From: Chrysomallon squamiferum
Taxonomy: Eukaryota; Animalia; Mollusca
NCBI GenBank assembly: GCA_012295275.1
Contig: CM022667.1
Location: forward strand, 1,550,001-1,614,000
Direction of reading: 5' to 3'
Length of the DNA: 64,000 nt
Part shown: in pieces, positions 30,132 through 43,469 of the stretch
Layout of the letters: each line of letters opens with the position of its first letter
How positions within the stretch are numbered: the stretch's first letter is position 1
Made by a program: the position numbers and the translations under genes
Notes under the pieces: generated by a model
Databases searched by the model: none
The model's input: the letters and a program-made list of their open reading frames with translations, nothing else
What the model was told of the DNA's origin: nothing

Positions 30132-32164
30132 TAATTAATTAATTGACTGACTTATTTATTTATCTATTTATTTATTTATCATTATTAATATTATTATTAT
30201 TAAATATTATTACTAGTACTATTACATGAACTTTATTTGTTTATATTATGAAATAGATACATAAAGCAATAACAGGTCGTTACAATACGACATAGTAAAT
30301 ACTAACTTGTCACGTTGCCGTTGGCGGGATGAACGTTGCTAATAACACAGCCGTTGTTGTTGTGATAGAAGATGTTAAGTTTACCACATTTTCCCATGTG
30401 GTTTTGACTGTCGGGACTGGAACCGCCCTCGTCCCCACCACACGACTTTGTCTGCTCAATATCTCCTTCCCACCCCTCTGTAGGAGTCACGTAAGTCTGT
30501 AAATAAATAAATAAATAAAATAAAATAAAATACATACATACATACACACCCCATACATACATACATACACAAACGTACATACATGCATACATAAACATAC
30601 ATACATACATACATACACATACCCATACATACATACATACATACACACATATATACATACAAACATACATACATACATACATACATAAACATACATACAC
30701 ACACATACATACATACACACAAACATACATATATACATACATAAACATACATACATACATACATACATATATACATACATAAACATACATACATACATAC
30801 ACACATACATACATGCATACATACATACATACATACACACATACATACATACATACATACATACACAAACAAACAAACAAGTAAATAAATAAATAAATAA
30901 TTAAGTAAATTAATAAATACATTTTGATAATTATATTGGTTTTAGACTAATCGCAGTTTAGAAACTGAAAACAGTTGCCCAATAAATAAACTCAATGTAA
31001 CTACAACTACAACAATAATAGTTATTTGCTGTTAGTACTACTACTACAACAACTACCACAGTCATTACCACTGTTGTAAATACTATATTATTACTATTAT
31101 TGCTGCTACTACTACTACTACTCTACCACTACTATTATTCAACTATATACTACTACTACTATAACACTACTACTACTATTATTATACTAGATACTATCAG
31201 TACAACATACACTACTGCTACTACTACTATTACTAACGCTATTTCTACTCCTCCTACTGCTGCTATAAAAATAACTGAAAAGTAAGAAATGATAATGATG
31301 AAAACAACAACATAAAAAGAAATAGGAAAAAAAGAGAAGAAAAGAACAATCAGTAAGCAAACCTTCATTGCAAACCACCCTCCTGGATAGGTTTTGGAAC
31401 AGTCCATATCGACATCCAACATCCAAAAATTGGGTCCAAACGTATTTAGAGGGGTGTAGCCATACCCATCTGCAGCAACGGTAGGATTTTCTGCTGATTT
31501 TCTGTGATCAAAACAAACCAGAAATGTCACAAAGTTATAATGATATCACAAAGTTAAAATGGGGGAGATAACAGCAAAATTAAAATTAATATTTGAGTAT
31601 CAGCTCTATACAAATTAGAACAGCTTTTTTTGGAACGTTTTTGGATGCAAGCTTATCGTAACCGTTGTCAATGGAATAAAATTAATGGCCTGCTCAATTA
31701 ATGGCCGATAATTATTTGACTCCGGCATTGCTCTAGGTATTACTTTGTGAGTACATGTTCTATAATACGTAAATTTACATGGATGTTGTCCACATGAGAG
31801 GAGTTCCTGATGGTTCAATATTTTGATAGGACGATTGTCCAGGTTCGACGCCATTCCAGTCTAAATAGTTATCTCCCTGAGACCAAACTGAGGCTGCTGT
31901 GAAATGACCAGAAGTTCTGTGTCGAATTGGAATAACAGAATCCGGACCTCCTGAAAACAGATTACAGAATACGCTCATGTGTGTGTGTGTGTGTGTGTGT
32001 GTTAATGTGTGTGTGTGCGCACAGCAACAACGATAACTACTAATACTAATATTACTTTTACTACTATCACTAGTACTCCTACAACAACTACTACTACCAC
32101 TACTACTATTACTATTAATATAATAATAACAACAATAGCAGTAATATCAAGTATCCCATACCAA

Positions 32165-32244
<80 letters not shown>

Positions 32245-32395
32245 ATCTAATCTTTAAAATAATTATTACAACATATTAAAGCAAAAAACCCAGCATGATA
32301 ACTGTACTTACCTCCTCGTAGAAAGACTGTTTCTCCGAAGTCGGTGTCGACTCTGATAAACACAACAGTTCTTTGGAATATAGTATTAGACGCTG
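27345..32395 (-). CDS. S1 (chymotrypsin-fold) serine protease with an N-terminal ~190-aa domain resembling the C-terminal extension of Pseudoalteromonas-type/invertebrate alpha-amylases; start uncertain
   Basis: Exons 32312-~32395, 31779-31950, 31363-31501, 30307-30496, 29749-29923, 29194-29299, 28712-28880, 28254-28390, 27345-27527 join in frame. Protease: K-IVNG activation site, WPWM, TAGHC, HDIALL, GWGET, CNGDSGSP. N-terminal domain: [61 protein letters not shown]. Confidence 0.85.
27654..27888 (+). mobile_element. Tc1/mariner-derived non-autonomous element (MITE-like) in a protease intron
   Basis: Perfect 27-bp TIRs CAGGGTGTCCACAAAGTCTGGGTACAT flanked by TA on both sides. Internal [34 protein letters not shown] resembles a transposase N-terminal HTH. 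Confidence 0.9.
30525..30870. repeat. Compound (TACA/CATA)n microsatellite in an intron
   Basis: Imperfect tetranucleotide array; it explains the spurious MYVC ORFs. Confidence 0.9.
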
Positions 32396-32764
32396 CTGCA
32401 AATAAAAATGAATTAATTGTGTGAGTAGAGCAGAGACAACAAAACGCGAATTCATAATACAGTAATGTAGAGCAACAAGTAATGTTTTTTTTTTTTTTAC
32501 AGTTCAGAATATACTACGTTATTCATGATAAGAAGTAAGAAGTAGGTTATCTTATAATACGTTGTAAAACCATTCGCGAATAACTAGAGTAAATGACAAT
32601 GTTTTAATATTTATGCGGCAGTATTTTAGTACAAATACTTTTTTTTTTTTGGTGTTAAATGTTTAAGGTGTAAGATATGAATCAATCCTGTTTTGTTTTA
32701 GTTATTTATTAATTAATTTTAATTTTTATTTTTTATTTATTAGTTGGTTTTATATTGTTTTTGT

Positions 32765-32827
<63 letters not shown>

Positions 32828-33008
32828 TTTATTTTAACTACTTCGCGAAAAGCTAAGTACAAAACCCACTTTCTTTCGATAAATGGCTAAGTTATCTCCC
32901 CGAGAATCCCGCTAAAATCGGATATTACGTCATTAGGAAAGCCTTAGCAACACAGTTAAAGAATTATTACAAAGAAGGGCTAAATCTGAACTTAGATATA
33001 ATCAAAAT

Positions 33009-33233
33009 ATGGTAAGTTGTCTTAAGATTTTTCACACAGTCTTTAGTTTAAGATGCTAAACATATATATGAAGTTTTACAAGTTACGAACGTAATTTACA
33101 CTATGTAATGTAAAAAAGAACAAAAACCCAGAAATAATGCTGATTTATCAGAAACCTATTTGTTTGGGATTGTTATTTTGTAAAAACAATAAAAAGAACA
33201 AACGATGAAGCATACTCGAATACTGAAGGCGAC

Positions 33234-33266
<33 letters not shown>

Positions 33267-34693
33267 AATTCACACAAACTCTAGCTGGTTTTTGTTTTTG
33301 TTTTTGTTGTTGTGAAATACATGTTCTAAACAAGAACAAAATATATATATTTAAACTAAATACAAGTAACACAAATACGGCTGACTTTCAGCGTCCAGAA
33401 ACAGGTCCCGAAGTTTCAAAAGGTTCTGATCATCCAAAAGATATGGTCCCACTTTTTCATACACCCCGAGCCGGGAGGTCATTTGGGGTCAGACTGAAGC
33501 GAAGAAAACGGTTACTGCAGCGTCGCCGAATGATAGTAACTCAAGAATTTGTTCTGGGAATGATTGGATTTGTATTAATGATGGTTGTCACAGAGTTTCA
33601 CTTTGAGAAAGTATATCTAGACGAATCTAACATGGTTTTCTACATGAAGGTGATTATTTCAGTAACCACAGGAATGCTGCTCCTCGCTGTTCTTGCGTAT
33701 TACGTAACGGAAGTGCAGCTGAAGATGACGGAAAAAGACGTATTCGATTATCGGATGGTGGTGACAAAAACATTCGTCGTAAAACTGTGCGTGGAGTTAA
33801 TAGTGTGCTCTTTCCATCCTTTTCCCGGATATGTTAAGCTGCCGTTTCCAACCTTAGGCGGTGGAGAGTGGTATGTACCCACTGATGCTCTGTTCTCGAT
33901 CTTGATGTTACTTCGTCTGTATCTTGCGGTCCGGTTTGTCATTGTGCATAGCCACTGGATGATGAACTCATACCTGCAGGGAGTCGGGGCGTTGAACAAA
34001 GTCAACATCGATACGGGATTTATTCTGAAATGCCTCATGAGGGACTATCCTGGTACGCTTATTATAATGATAATGCTGGGGATACTGCTGATTAATTCTT
34101 GGGCAATGAGAGCCTGCGAATCGTTTTACGTGCCGGGTCACTATCAAACGGACTACTTCAATTCCATGTGGTTAGTGACTATAACTTTCCTAACCGTCGG
34201 TTACGGTGATATCTCGCCCAACAGTTACTGCGGCCGATTTGTAGCCGCAGAAACTGCCATGATAGGGGTGGGAACGACGGCGTTGCTGGTCACCGTAGTG
34301 ACGTCAAAATTTGAACTGACCAGGCCCGAACGTTACTTGCACATATTCTTTTTGCGAATGGATGTTCAGAGAAGAAAGAAGATGGTCGCAGCAGATATCG
34401 TGAAACTGGTTCTGAGAATTTGGCGCTGGCAGAAAATTAACAAACTGACAACCGGCCGGAGTCTGGCACTTCGCGTACAGCTGAACACGGCTGTACAGAA
34501 AATGAGACTGATCATTGAAGAAGACGAAAAACTCATCGAAGATAGCATCAACGTCATTGACGTGGGTATTAGCGTCATCAAGGCCGGTGTTATGTTAGAG
34601 AAAATGCGCTCGAAAGAGCTATTGGCAACACGTCTGAAGAGAATTAACGATAAACTGAATACAATACAGACAAGCCTGGGTATTTCGAAATAA
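33009..34693 (+). CDS. SK/KCNN-like K+ channel, divergent paralogue; ATG-only first coding exon 33009-33011 plus main exon 33392-34693
   Basis: AATATG|GTAAGT donor. The TTTCAG| acceptor at 33391 leaves 17 in-frame codons before the ORF-track Met. Pore WLVTITFLTVGYGDISPNSYCGR. Confidence 0.88.
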
Positions 34694-35400
34694 AGGAAAA
34701 TATTTATTATTATTAACGAAAAAAATTAGTTTTTATTTCTTACAATGACACCATTTCATTGGATGGAAAATTATTTTATTTTATTTTATTAAATTTTACT
34801 TAATAATTTATTTATTTATTTATTTATTGGAATTACTATACATCAGTTTCAGTCCGCACATTCAAAGAGTTCTTTTTAGGTAACAAATGTTGTTTTTTGG
34901 GTTGTTTTTTTTCGGAACTATTACTTCTTTATTTATTTAATTGTTGACACACTAATTTATACGCATACTCATATTCACTCAAAGAAAATCATAGATGAAG
35001 ATAATAATAATAATAATAATAATAAATAAACGTAATAAAAACAACAACACAAAAACAAACAAACAAACATAAATTTTAAAATAATAAAATAAATTATAAC
35101 AAAATAAAAATAAAAATAAATAAATAAATAAATAAAAATCAACAACTTTTACATCCAGGAAACCATTTTTATTATTATTATTATTTTTTTATTTCGAGAA
35201 AGGTTTGACAGTGCAGTGCAGTTTGAATTGTAACTAACTATTCTTTGAACGCCTCTTATTATCGTCATACTAAACACTGCATGTTTAACAAACACCTTTT
35301 TTCATGCTTTTCAATAAATCTTAGAGACGATAACAATCTTTAGTTCGCAAAAAAAAAAAAATATATATATATATATATATAAAGATTGTCTCTTCCATAT

Positions 35401-35414
35401 CGGAAATGACGTCA
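35401..35414 (+). promoter_or_regulatory. ETS-like + full CRE composite (CGGAAATGACGTCA) upstream of the SK array copy
   Basis: Palindromic TGACGTCA about 60 bp upstream of the ATG exon. The same motif recurs at 47053-47066 and 57597-57610, with a second TGACGTCA in each first intron. Confidence 0.45.
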
Positions 35415-35469
35415 ATACCATTAGTGGTATTTATCCAAATTTCAGCTTGAAAATAATTTCATTTTAAAA

Positions 35470-35893
35470 ATGGTAAGTTACTGTCAATACTGGATTCATT
35501 TGTTAAATCATAATAGTAGTTTGCTGTAATTATTCAGAAAGATATACATTTTGTTTAGTTATTAATTTTTAAAATACCTATAGAAAGAACAAATATACGA
35601 TCATAACGAAAACAAAATAAAAAAGTGTATATAATAAAGAGTAATGATTATTAGAGACTTTTCAAATATTATTAATTTCGAAAAATCAGCTTTTGAAACA
35701 ATTTCAGATAATTTGTGCTACTGAAAGGAAATGGTTTTATTAATTAAAATCCGGTTTTATACCTATTACCCAGCACATTTCTTGGGTCAAGAATGACGTC
35801 ATATTAACGGAAATTTGTATAATCAATACGAAATAGTCTTCCTTTTAAGAAAAAAAAAAAAAAGATCTTTCTCAGTCATAATCATGATTCAGG

Positions 35894-35937
<44 letters not shown>

Positions 35938-37284
35938 TAAATTCAGGTTCAGGCAGAACAGCAAAATGTGAATGACCCCAAAACTCCTCTTGTCAGTCAT
36001 AACGTAAAGGAATACTCCAGTATAAGCGCAAAGTCCGTTGATCTACCCCGACCTGGCAGGTCGTATGGCACCAGACTGAAGAGAAGGAAAAACCTGCTGG
36101 AACGTCGCAGAAAGATAGTCAACGTGGAATTCGCTCTGGCGATGACTGGATTAATGTTAATGCTCCTTGTGACAGAGTTGCACTTTGAGGATATATATCC
36201 AATTCATTCCGATGTCGCGTTTTACATCAAGCTGGCGATATCGATAACCACTGGGGTTTTACTGCTTGCTGTTCTGGCTTATCACATTACCGTAGTCAAA
36301 TTAAAAATGACAAACAAAAATATTTACGATTACCGGATGGTTGTTACGAAAACGTTCGTTTTTAAAGTTTCTATGGAACTCCTCGTGTGCGCCGTTCATC
36401 CGCTTCCAGGAAACATCAACGTGACGTTTGATACGATAACAGGAGAACAGGGGAGAGTTCCCGTGGACGCAGTTTTATCCATTCTCATGCTGCTGCGTTT
36501 CTACATTGTGATAAAGTTTATTATCGTTCACAGCCACTGGATGATCAACATATACATGCAGAGCGTTGGGGACCTGAACAAAGTCGACATCGACACTTGC
36601 TTTATCTTGAAGAGTCTCATAATGAACCATCCCATGCTGCTGACAGTGTCCATGATGCTAACGGTTCTGTTTATCAACACCTGGGCAATGAGGGCATGCG
36701 AATCGTACTACGTACCAGACAGCGATCAGAACGACCTTTTCAATTCAATGTGGCTCGTAACGGTGACCTTCCAACGGGGCTACGGGGATCTCTCGCCCAA
36801 CAGTTACTGCGGACGTTTCATAGCCGCGGAAACGGGTTTCATGGGACTAGGGATAACAGCACTGCTGGTGACGGTTGTGACGGCAAAATTCCAACAGACG
36901 AGATCCGAGCGCTATCTGCACGCGTTCATGGCCGAGTCTGAACTGCAGAAGAGAAAGGAAATCGCAGCTGCCGACATCATTAAGTTGGTGCTGAAGGTGT
37001 GGCTGTTGCATCGCCGTAACAAACTGACGCGTCAACTAAGTTTGCTGTATAGAATAAAACTGAACAAAACCGTGCAAAAACTGCGAGGAATTGATGACGA
37101 AATTACAAGCATCATCGAGAACAATACCGACATAATAGACGTGGGCATCAACATGATCACGGCGGGTACCGCACTGGAGAAAGTGCAGATACCAAAAGAT
37201 GATTTCAAAGAGGACGAGTTTGAAGCTCACATAAAAAGCATTAACAACCAATTAAATGCTATACAATCAAGTTTGCAACAATGA
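35470..37284 (+). CDS. SK/KCNN-like channel, array copy 1 (ATG exon 35470-35472 + 35947-37284) with altered pore TFQRGYGD
   Basis: AAAATG|GTAAGT and ATTCAG|GTTCAG give M-VQAEQQNVNDPK in frame. Near-identical to the 58277 copy except around the pore. Confidence 0.85.
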
Positions 37285-39925
37285 TGTTAAACCAGAGAAA
37301 TAAAAAAAATGGTTTATTTTCTCGTCCAAACAAATTTAAAAAAAAAGAAAAGAAAAAAAAAAGGAAGAAATAATAAATAAATAAATAATAATAATAAAAA
37401 TAATAATAATTTTATATTATTTATTTATTTATTTATTCATTTATTTATTTATTTTATTTATGCTAACAGAAGCCCTCATCTCGATATTACTGCCAATATT
37501 ACGGCAGCCACAATAGCGTATAAGTTCAGCATTGTTATTTTGGGTTATTTTTGGATACTGAACGATTGTTTCCAACGTTTTGTCAATTAAAACAGAAAGA
37601 AAATATGAAAACACATACAGTTTAATGAAAAAAACATGTATTTTGTTTTGCAATATTGAACTTAATACAAAATGTTAGTAAATGAAAGTAAGTTAAAAAC
37701 AATACCCATACGATATATGTATCTATGTATGTGACACAATAGATACAAACAAAATCTTAAAATGTCCAGTAAACTCTATTCCAAAGAAAACTCCAGTTCT
37801 AAACAAACAATACAATATTTTAGAAAAATACCACATCGAAAATTTCTAATATGTAGATAGATAAGTACATAAATCCACAGCAAATGAACAAATAGCACTA
37901 ATGTGTTAGCTTTTCAACAACACTGATCGTACTGCATTCAAGCAGATGATGCTCAAGTTGTTTTAAGAATATAGTTTCCTGTTTATGGAAAATGTAAACC
38001 TGAACATAAGAGATTCTATTCTGCCAATTAATTAAGAACAGCCATTTGTGTTGTGTGTGTATGTGTGTGTGTGTGTGTTGTCTTATTTACACTATCTACA
38101 TTTATCTCTTCTTCTTGTTGTACACTCTCTCTTTTAATATTGAATGTGCTCAGCATTCATTTATTTTCTTAATATTATTATCATTTTATCTTTATACATA
38201 TACATACTTCACACATATATTTATAATCTAGTATTCTTACAAGTGAAAAAATACACCTTTATGAATTAAAATCTGAAGATAACAAAATAATTTCCAAAAA
38301 TAACACATAGCCATTCACTGGCAGATAAACCAATAGTAGATAAAAAAACACACATCATTTTGCACAATGATTTTAAAATACCAAAGTTGGTGCTAATTTT
38401 TCAAAAAATAAAAAATCTATTACTTTTTCATTGATTTTACAGTCAGAATTATTTGTGAAATGGAATTCTCATTACTGATATGTTGCTAAAAATGATCAAC
38501 CAAATTTTAATCTGGTATTTTTAAATGCTCTTTGATTAATAAAGATAATTAAAATATATATATATATATAAAAGAAAATAACTTTAAAAACATAAATAAT
38601 GGAAGATTATTGTTATATTATTTTATTTATATCTTATCAACAACTACTATCAGTTTGACTGGCTATAATAAAAAAAAGAATTCTAAATGAACAATAAAAA
38701 AAGTAAAAATATAAAAGTTTAAAAAAAAAGGAAAAATAAAAAAGTTTAAAAAAAGGGAGTATCACGATAATGCTGAAGAGACACTTGATAATTATTACAT
38801 AACAGAGAATCAAAAAGTACTGTTAAGAAACAATGTATTTTACCTTTCAGTGTTCTCAAAACTGAAACCATGACAACATTTAAAGTTAGATATTAACAAA
38901 AACAGAAAGAAAGGAAAGAAATAAAAAGGAGAATGGGAAAAAATTAAAAGGAATATAAATAAAAAAAGAAAAAGCTGGATTGAAATAAAAGACAGGACAC
39001 AATTTTAAATATTCAAATACAAATTTTTTACAAACAAGGAACATATTTAGTACTATAAAAAATAATATGTAAAGTTAATTTCTATTCATTATCATTAATA
39101 TTCTGAAAGTCAAAAAGTCAAAAAAACAAAACAAAATAACAACAAAAAAACAACAACACAATAATAATAATAATTAAGACACTAAATGATTATCCTGAAA
39201 GATATTAATAATAACATTATTTCTCTCCAAGTTAGAAAAATGGGAGTTCTGTCCTAACTAAAAATTGAATTCCATTATATTATGCCAGCTGGGGAAATTG
39301 GGAAACCTCTCATAAAAGAATCTCGAGTTTCATTATATCAGGTTAGCTTGGAAAAGTGGAAAACCTCTCTTAGAAGAACATTGGATTTGCTTTTTATCAT
39401 TACATCTGTGTTTAATTAAATCAGTCTAGCTCAAAATAGCAGACATCTGTAAACAAATGAATCTTAACATTATACAGCTTATAAAGAAAATAGCTTTAAA
39501 AAATAAATGATAGCATAAATAATGGGAGATTATTGTTATTGTTATTTTATTTATATCTTATCAATAACTACTAACAATTTGACTGGCTATAATAAAAAAA
39601 AGGAATTCTAAATGAACAACAAAAAAAGTAAAAATAAAAGTTTAAAAAAAGGGAGTATCACAATTGTCAAGAGACACTTGATAGTTATTACATAACAGAT
39701 AATCAAAAAGTACTGTTAAGAAACAATGTATTTTACCTTTCAGTTTTCTCAAAACTGAAACCATGACAACATTTAAAGTTAGATATTGACAAAAACAGAA
39801 AAACAAAGAAGCGGAAAAAAAATAAAAATAAAAATAAAAGAAAGAAAAGAATGAAAAAGGAGAATGAAAAAAAATTAAAAGGAATATAAATAAATAAAAA
39901 AGAAAAAGCTGGATTGAAATAAAAC

Positions 39926-40478
39926 GTGGCTCAATTCAATGTGGCTCGTAGCGGTGACCTTCCTCACTGTCGGCTACGGGGATCTCTCGCCCAACAGTTA
40001 CTGCGGACGTTTCATAGCCGCGGAAACGGGTTTCATGGGAGTAGGGATAACAGCACTGCTGGTGACGGTTGTGACGGCAAAATTCCAACAGACGAGATCC
40101 GAACGCTATCTGCACGCATTCATGGCCGAGTCTGAACTGCAGAAGAGAAAGGAAATCGCAGCTGCCGACATCATTAAGTTGGTGCTGAAGGTGTGGCTGT
40201 TGCATCGCCGTAACAAACTGACGCGTCAACTAAGTTTGCTGTATAGAATAAAACTGAACAAAACCGTGCAAAAACTGCGAGGAATTGATGACGAAATTAC
40301 AAGCATCATCGAGAACAATACCGACATAATAGACGTGGGCATCAACATGATCACGGCGGGTACCGCACTGGAGAAAGTGCAGATACCAAAAGATGATTTC
40401 AAACAGGACGAGTTTGAAGCTCACATAAAAAGCATTAACAACCAATTAAATGCTATACAATCAAGTTTGCGACAATGA
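39926..40478 (+). pseudogene. 5'-truncated SK channel fragment (pore to C-terminus), part of a ~3.2-kb partial duplication
   Basis: Begins abruptly at SMWLVAVTFLTVGYGD directly after AT-rich repeat-unit sequence. No S1-S5. Downstream sequence repeats 37284 onward with an offset of 3194. Confidence 0.85.
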
Positions 40479-40568
40479 TGTTAAACCAGAGAGAGAGAGA
40501 GAAAAAAAAGGTTTATTTTCTCGTCCAAACAAATTTAAAAAAAAAGAAAAGAAAAAAAAAGGAAGAAA

Positions 40569-40599
<31 letters not shown>

Positions 40600-40912
40600 T
40601 AATAATTTTATATTATTATTTATTTATTTATTTATTCATTTATTTATTTATTTTATTTATGCTAACAGAAGCCCTCATCTCGATATTACTGCCAATATTA
40701 CGGCAGCCACAATAGCGTATAAGTTCAGCATTGTTATTTTGGGTTATTTTTGGATACTGAACGATTGTTTCCAACGTTTTGTCAATTAAAACAGAAAGAA
40801 ATATGAAAACACATACAGTTTAATGAAGAAAAAAAATGTATTTTGTTTTGCAATATTAAACTTACTACAAAATGTTAGTAAACAAAAGTAAGTTAAAAAC
40901 AATACCCATACG

Positions 40913-40945
<33 letters not shown>

Positions 40946-41277
40946 TGTATCTATGTATGTGACACAATAGATACAAACAAAATCTTAAAATGTCCAGTAA
41001 ACTGAATTCCAAAGAAAACTCGAGTTGTAAACAAACAGTAAAATATTTTAGAAAAATACCACATCTAAAATTTCTAGTATCTAGACAGAAAAATACACAA
41101 ATCCACAGAAAATAAACAAATAGCACTAATGTTTTAGCTTTTCAACAACACAGATAGTACTGCATTCCAGCAGACAATGCTCGAGTTGTTTTAAGAATAT
41201 ATTTTCCTGTTTATGGAAAATGTAAACCTGAAAATAAATGATTCTATTCTGCCAATTAATTAAGAGCAGCCGTTTGT

Positions 41278-41309
<32 letters not shown>

Positions 41310-42097
41310 GTCTTATTTACACTATCTACATTTATCTCTTCTTCTTGTTGTACACTTTCTCTTTTAATACACCTTTATGAATTAAAATCTGAAGATAACA
41401 AAATAATTTCCAATAATAACACATAGCCATTCACTGGCAGATAAACCAATATTAGAAAACAAACAAAAAACACATCATTTTGCATAATAATTTTAAAATA
41501 ACAAAGTTGGTGCAAATTTTTCAAAAAAACAACGAAAAAAAAAAAAAAAAAAAAAAAATAAAAATCTATTACTTTTTCATTGATTTTGCAGTCAAAATTA
41601 TTTGTGAAATGGAATTCTCATTAATGTTATGTTGCTAAAAATGATCAACCAAATTTTAACCTGGTATTTTTAAAATGCTCTTTGATCAATAAAGATAACT
41701 TAAAAAAAAAAAAAAAAAAAAATAAAATAAAATTATATATCTATAAAGAAAATAACTTAAAAAAAAAAAAATGGCATAATTAATGGGAGATTATTGTTAT
41801 TGTTATTTTATTTATATCTTATCAATAACTACTAACAATTTGACTGGCTATAATAAAAAAAAGAATTCTAAATGAACAACAAAAAAAGTAAAAATAAAAA
41901 AGTATAAAAAAAAAGTAAAAATAAAAGTTTAAAAAAAGGGAGTATCACAATTGTCAAGAGACACTTGATAGTTATTACATAACAGATAATCAAAAAGTAC
42001 TGTTAAGAAACAATGTATTTTACCTTTCAGTTTTCTCAAAACTGAAACCATGACAACATTTAAAGTTAGATATTAACAAAAACAGAAAAAGAAAGGG

Positions 42098-42139
<42 letters not shown>

Positions 42140-43469
42140 TGAAAAAGGAGAATGAAAAAAAATTAAAAGGAATATAAATAAACAAAAAAGAAAAAGCTGG
42201 ATTGAAATAAAACAAAGGAAACAATTTTAAACATTCAAATACAAATTTTTCATATTATACTCATATTAAAAAATATTTAAATAAACATTCAATGTATTTA
42301 GATGATACTTGACAAATTTTTTTCACAAACAAGGAACATTTTAGTTCTATAAAAAAAATAATATATAAAGTTAATTTCTGTACATTCATGTAGTGATATA
42401 TTCATTATTATTAATATTCTAAAAGTCAAAAAGTCAAAAAAAAAAAAAAAAAAAAAATAAAATAAAAAAAAATAATAATTAAGACACTAAATGGTTATCT
42501 TGAAAGATATTAATAATAACATTATTTCTCTCCAAGTTAGAAAAATGGGAGTTCTCTCCTAAATAAAAATTGAATTCCATTATATTATGCCAGTTGGGGA
42601 AATTGGAAAACCTCTCATAAAAGAATCTCGAGTTTCATTATATCAGGTTAGTTTGGAAAAGTGGAAAACCTCTCTTAGAAGAACATTGGATTTGCTTTTT
42701 ATCATTACATCTGTGTTTAATTAAATCAGTCTAGCTCAAAATAGCAGACATCTGTAAACAAATGAATCTTAACATTATACAGCTTAGAAAAGTGAAAGTG
42801 ATTCTACGTTTGTAGATGTAATATACATTTTAGTAAGTCTATTCAGATTTGAGTTTATGTCCAGCCTGTTTACAAGTGTCAAAGTTCTTTTACTTAATAT
42901 ACTGAAATCTGCAATGAAATTCATGGGTATAGCTATTTAAATATACAGTTCTGATCCTCTCTGTATTTGTTTAATACCTAAATCTTTTCTGACAACTGAT
43001 GACTTAAGAAGATTTTTAATTTTGTAAAAATGTATTCCATGTGAAGATGTTAAGTATTACTGTTGACATCAGAAGTAGAATTAACATTCAAGAAATGGAA
43101 ACAATTCTCAGTCCACTTAAAATTTGTTAACTTTATTAACATTGTTTTTACAAATAAAAGCATCTACTTACACTCCATAAATAAAACTTGACCACAGTTG
43201 CTTAACAATTAAATAATAAAATCACCTTCTTTTCTTTACTGACAAACAGTATGTATATAATACACATATAAAAAAAATAATCTAGTGGTCTGGCTACTTT
43301 AAAAATAAAATAAAACAACAGTGAAATGCAAACATGCATTTTCCCAATTATTTCAGTATAATAACTGGTTTGTGGAAGAGGATTAGGGACATGATATGCT
43401 GCCTTTAATGAAACTCAAGATTCTTTTTGGAGTTTTTTTTTTTACTCAAGAGAGATAATCAGATAAATC

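Noticed and set aside
30302-30922. Long ORFs rich in M/Y/V/C
   Set aside because: Translations of a (TACA)n microsatellite. Only 30307-30496 is a real exon.
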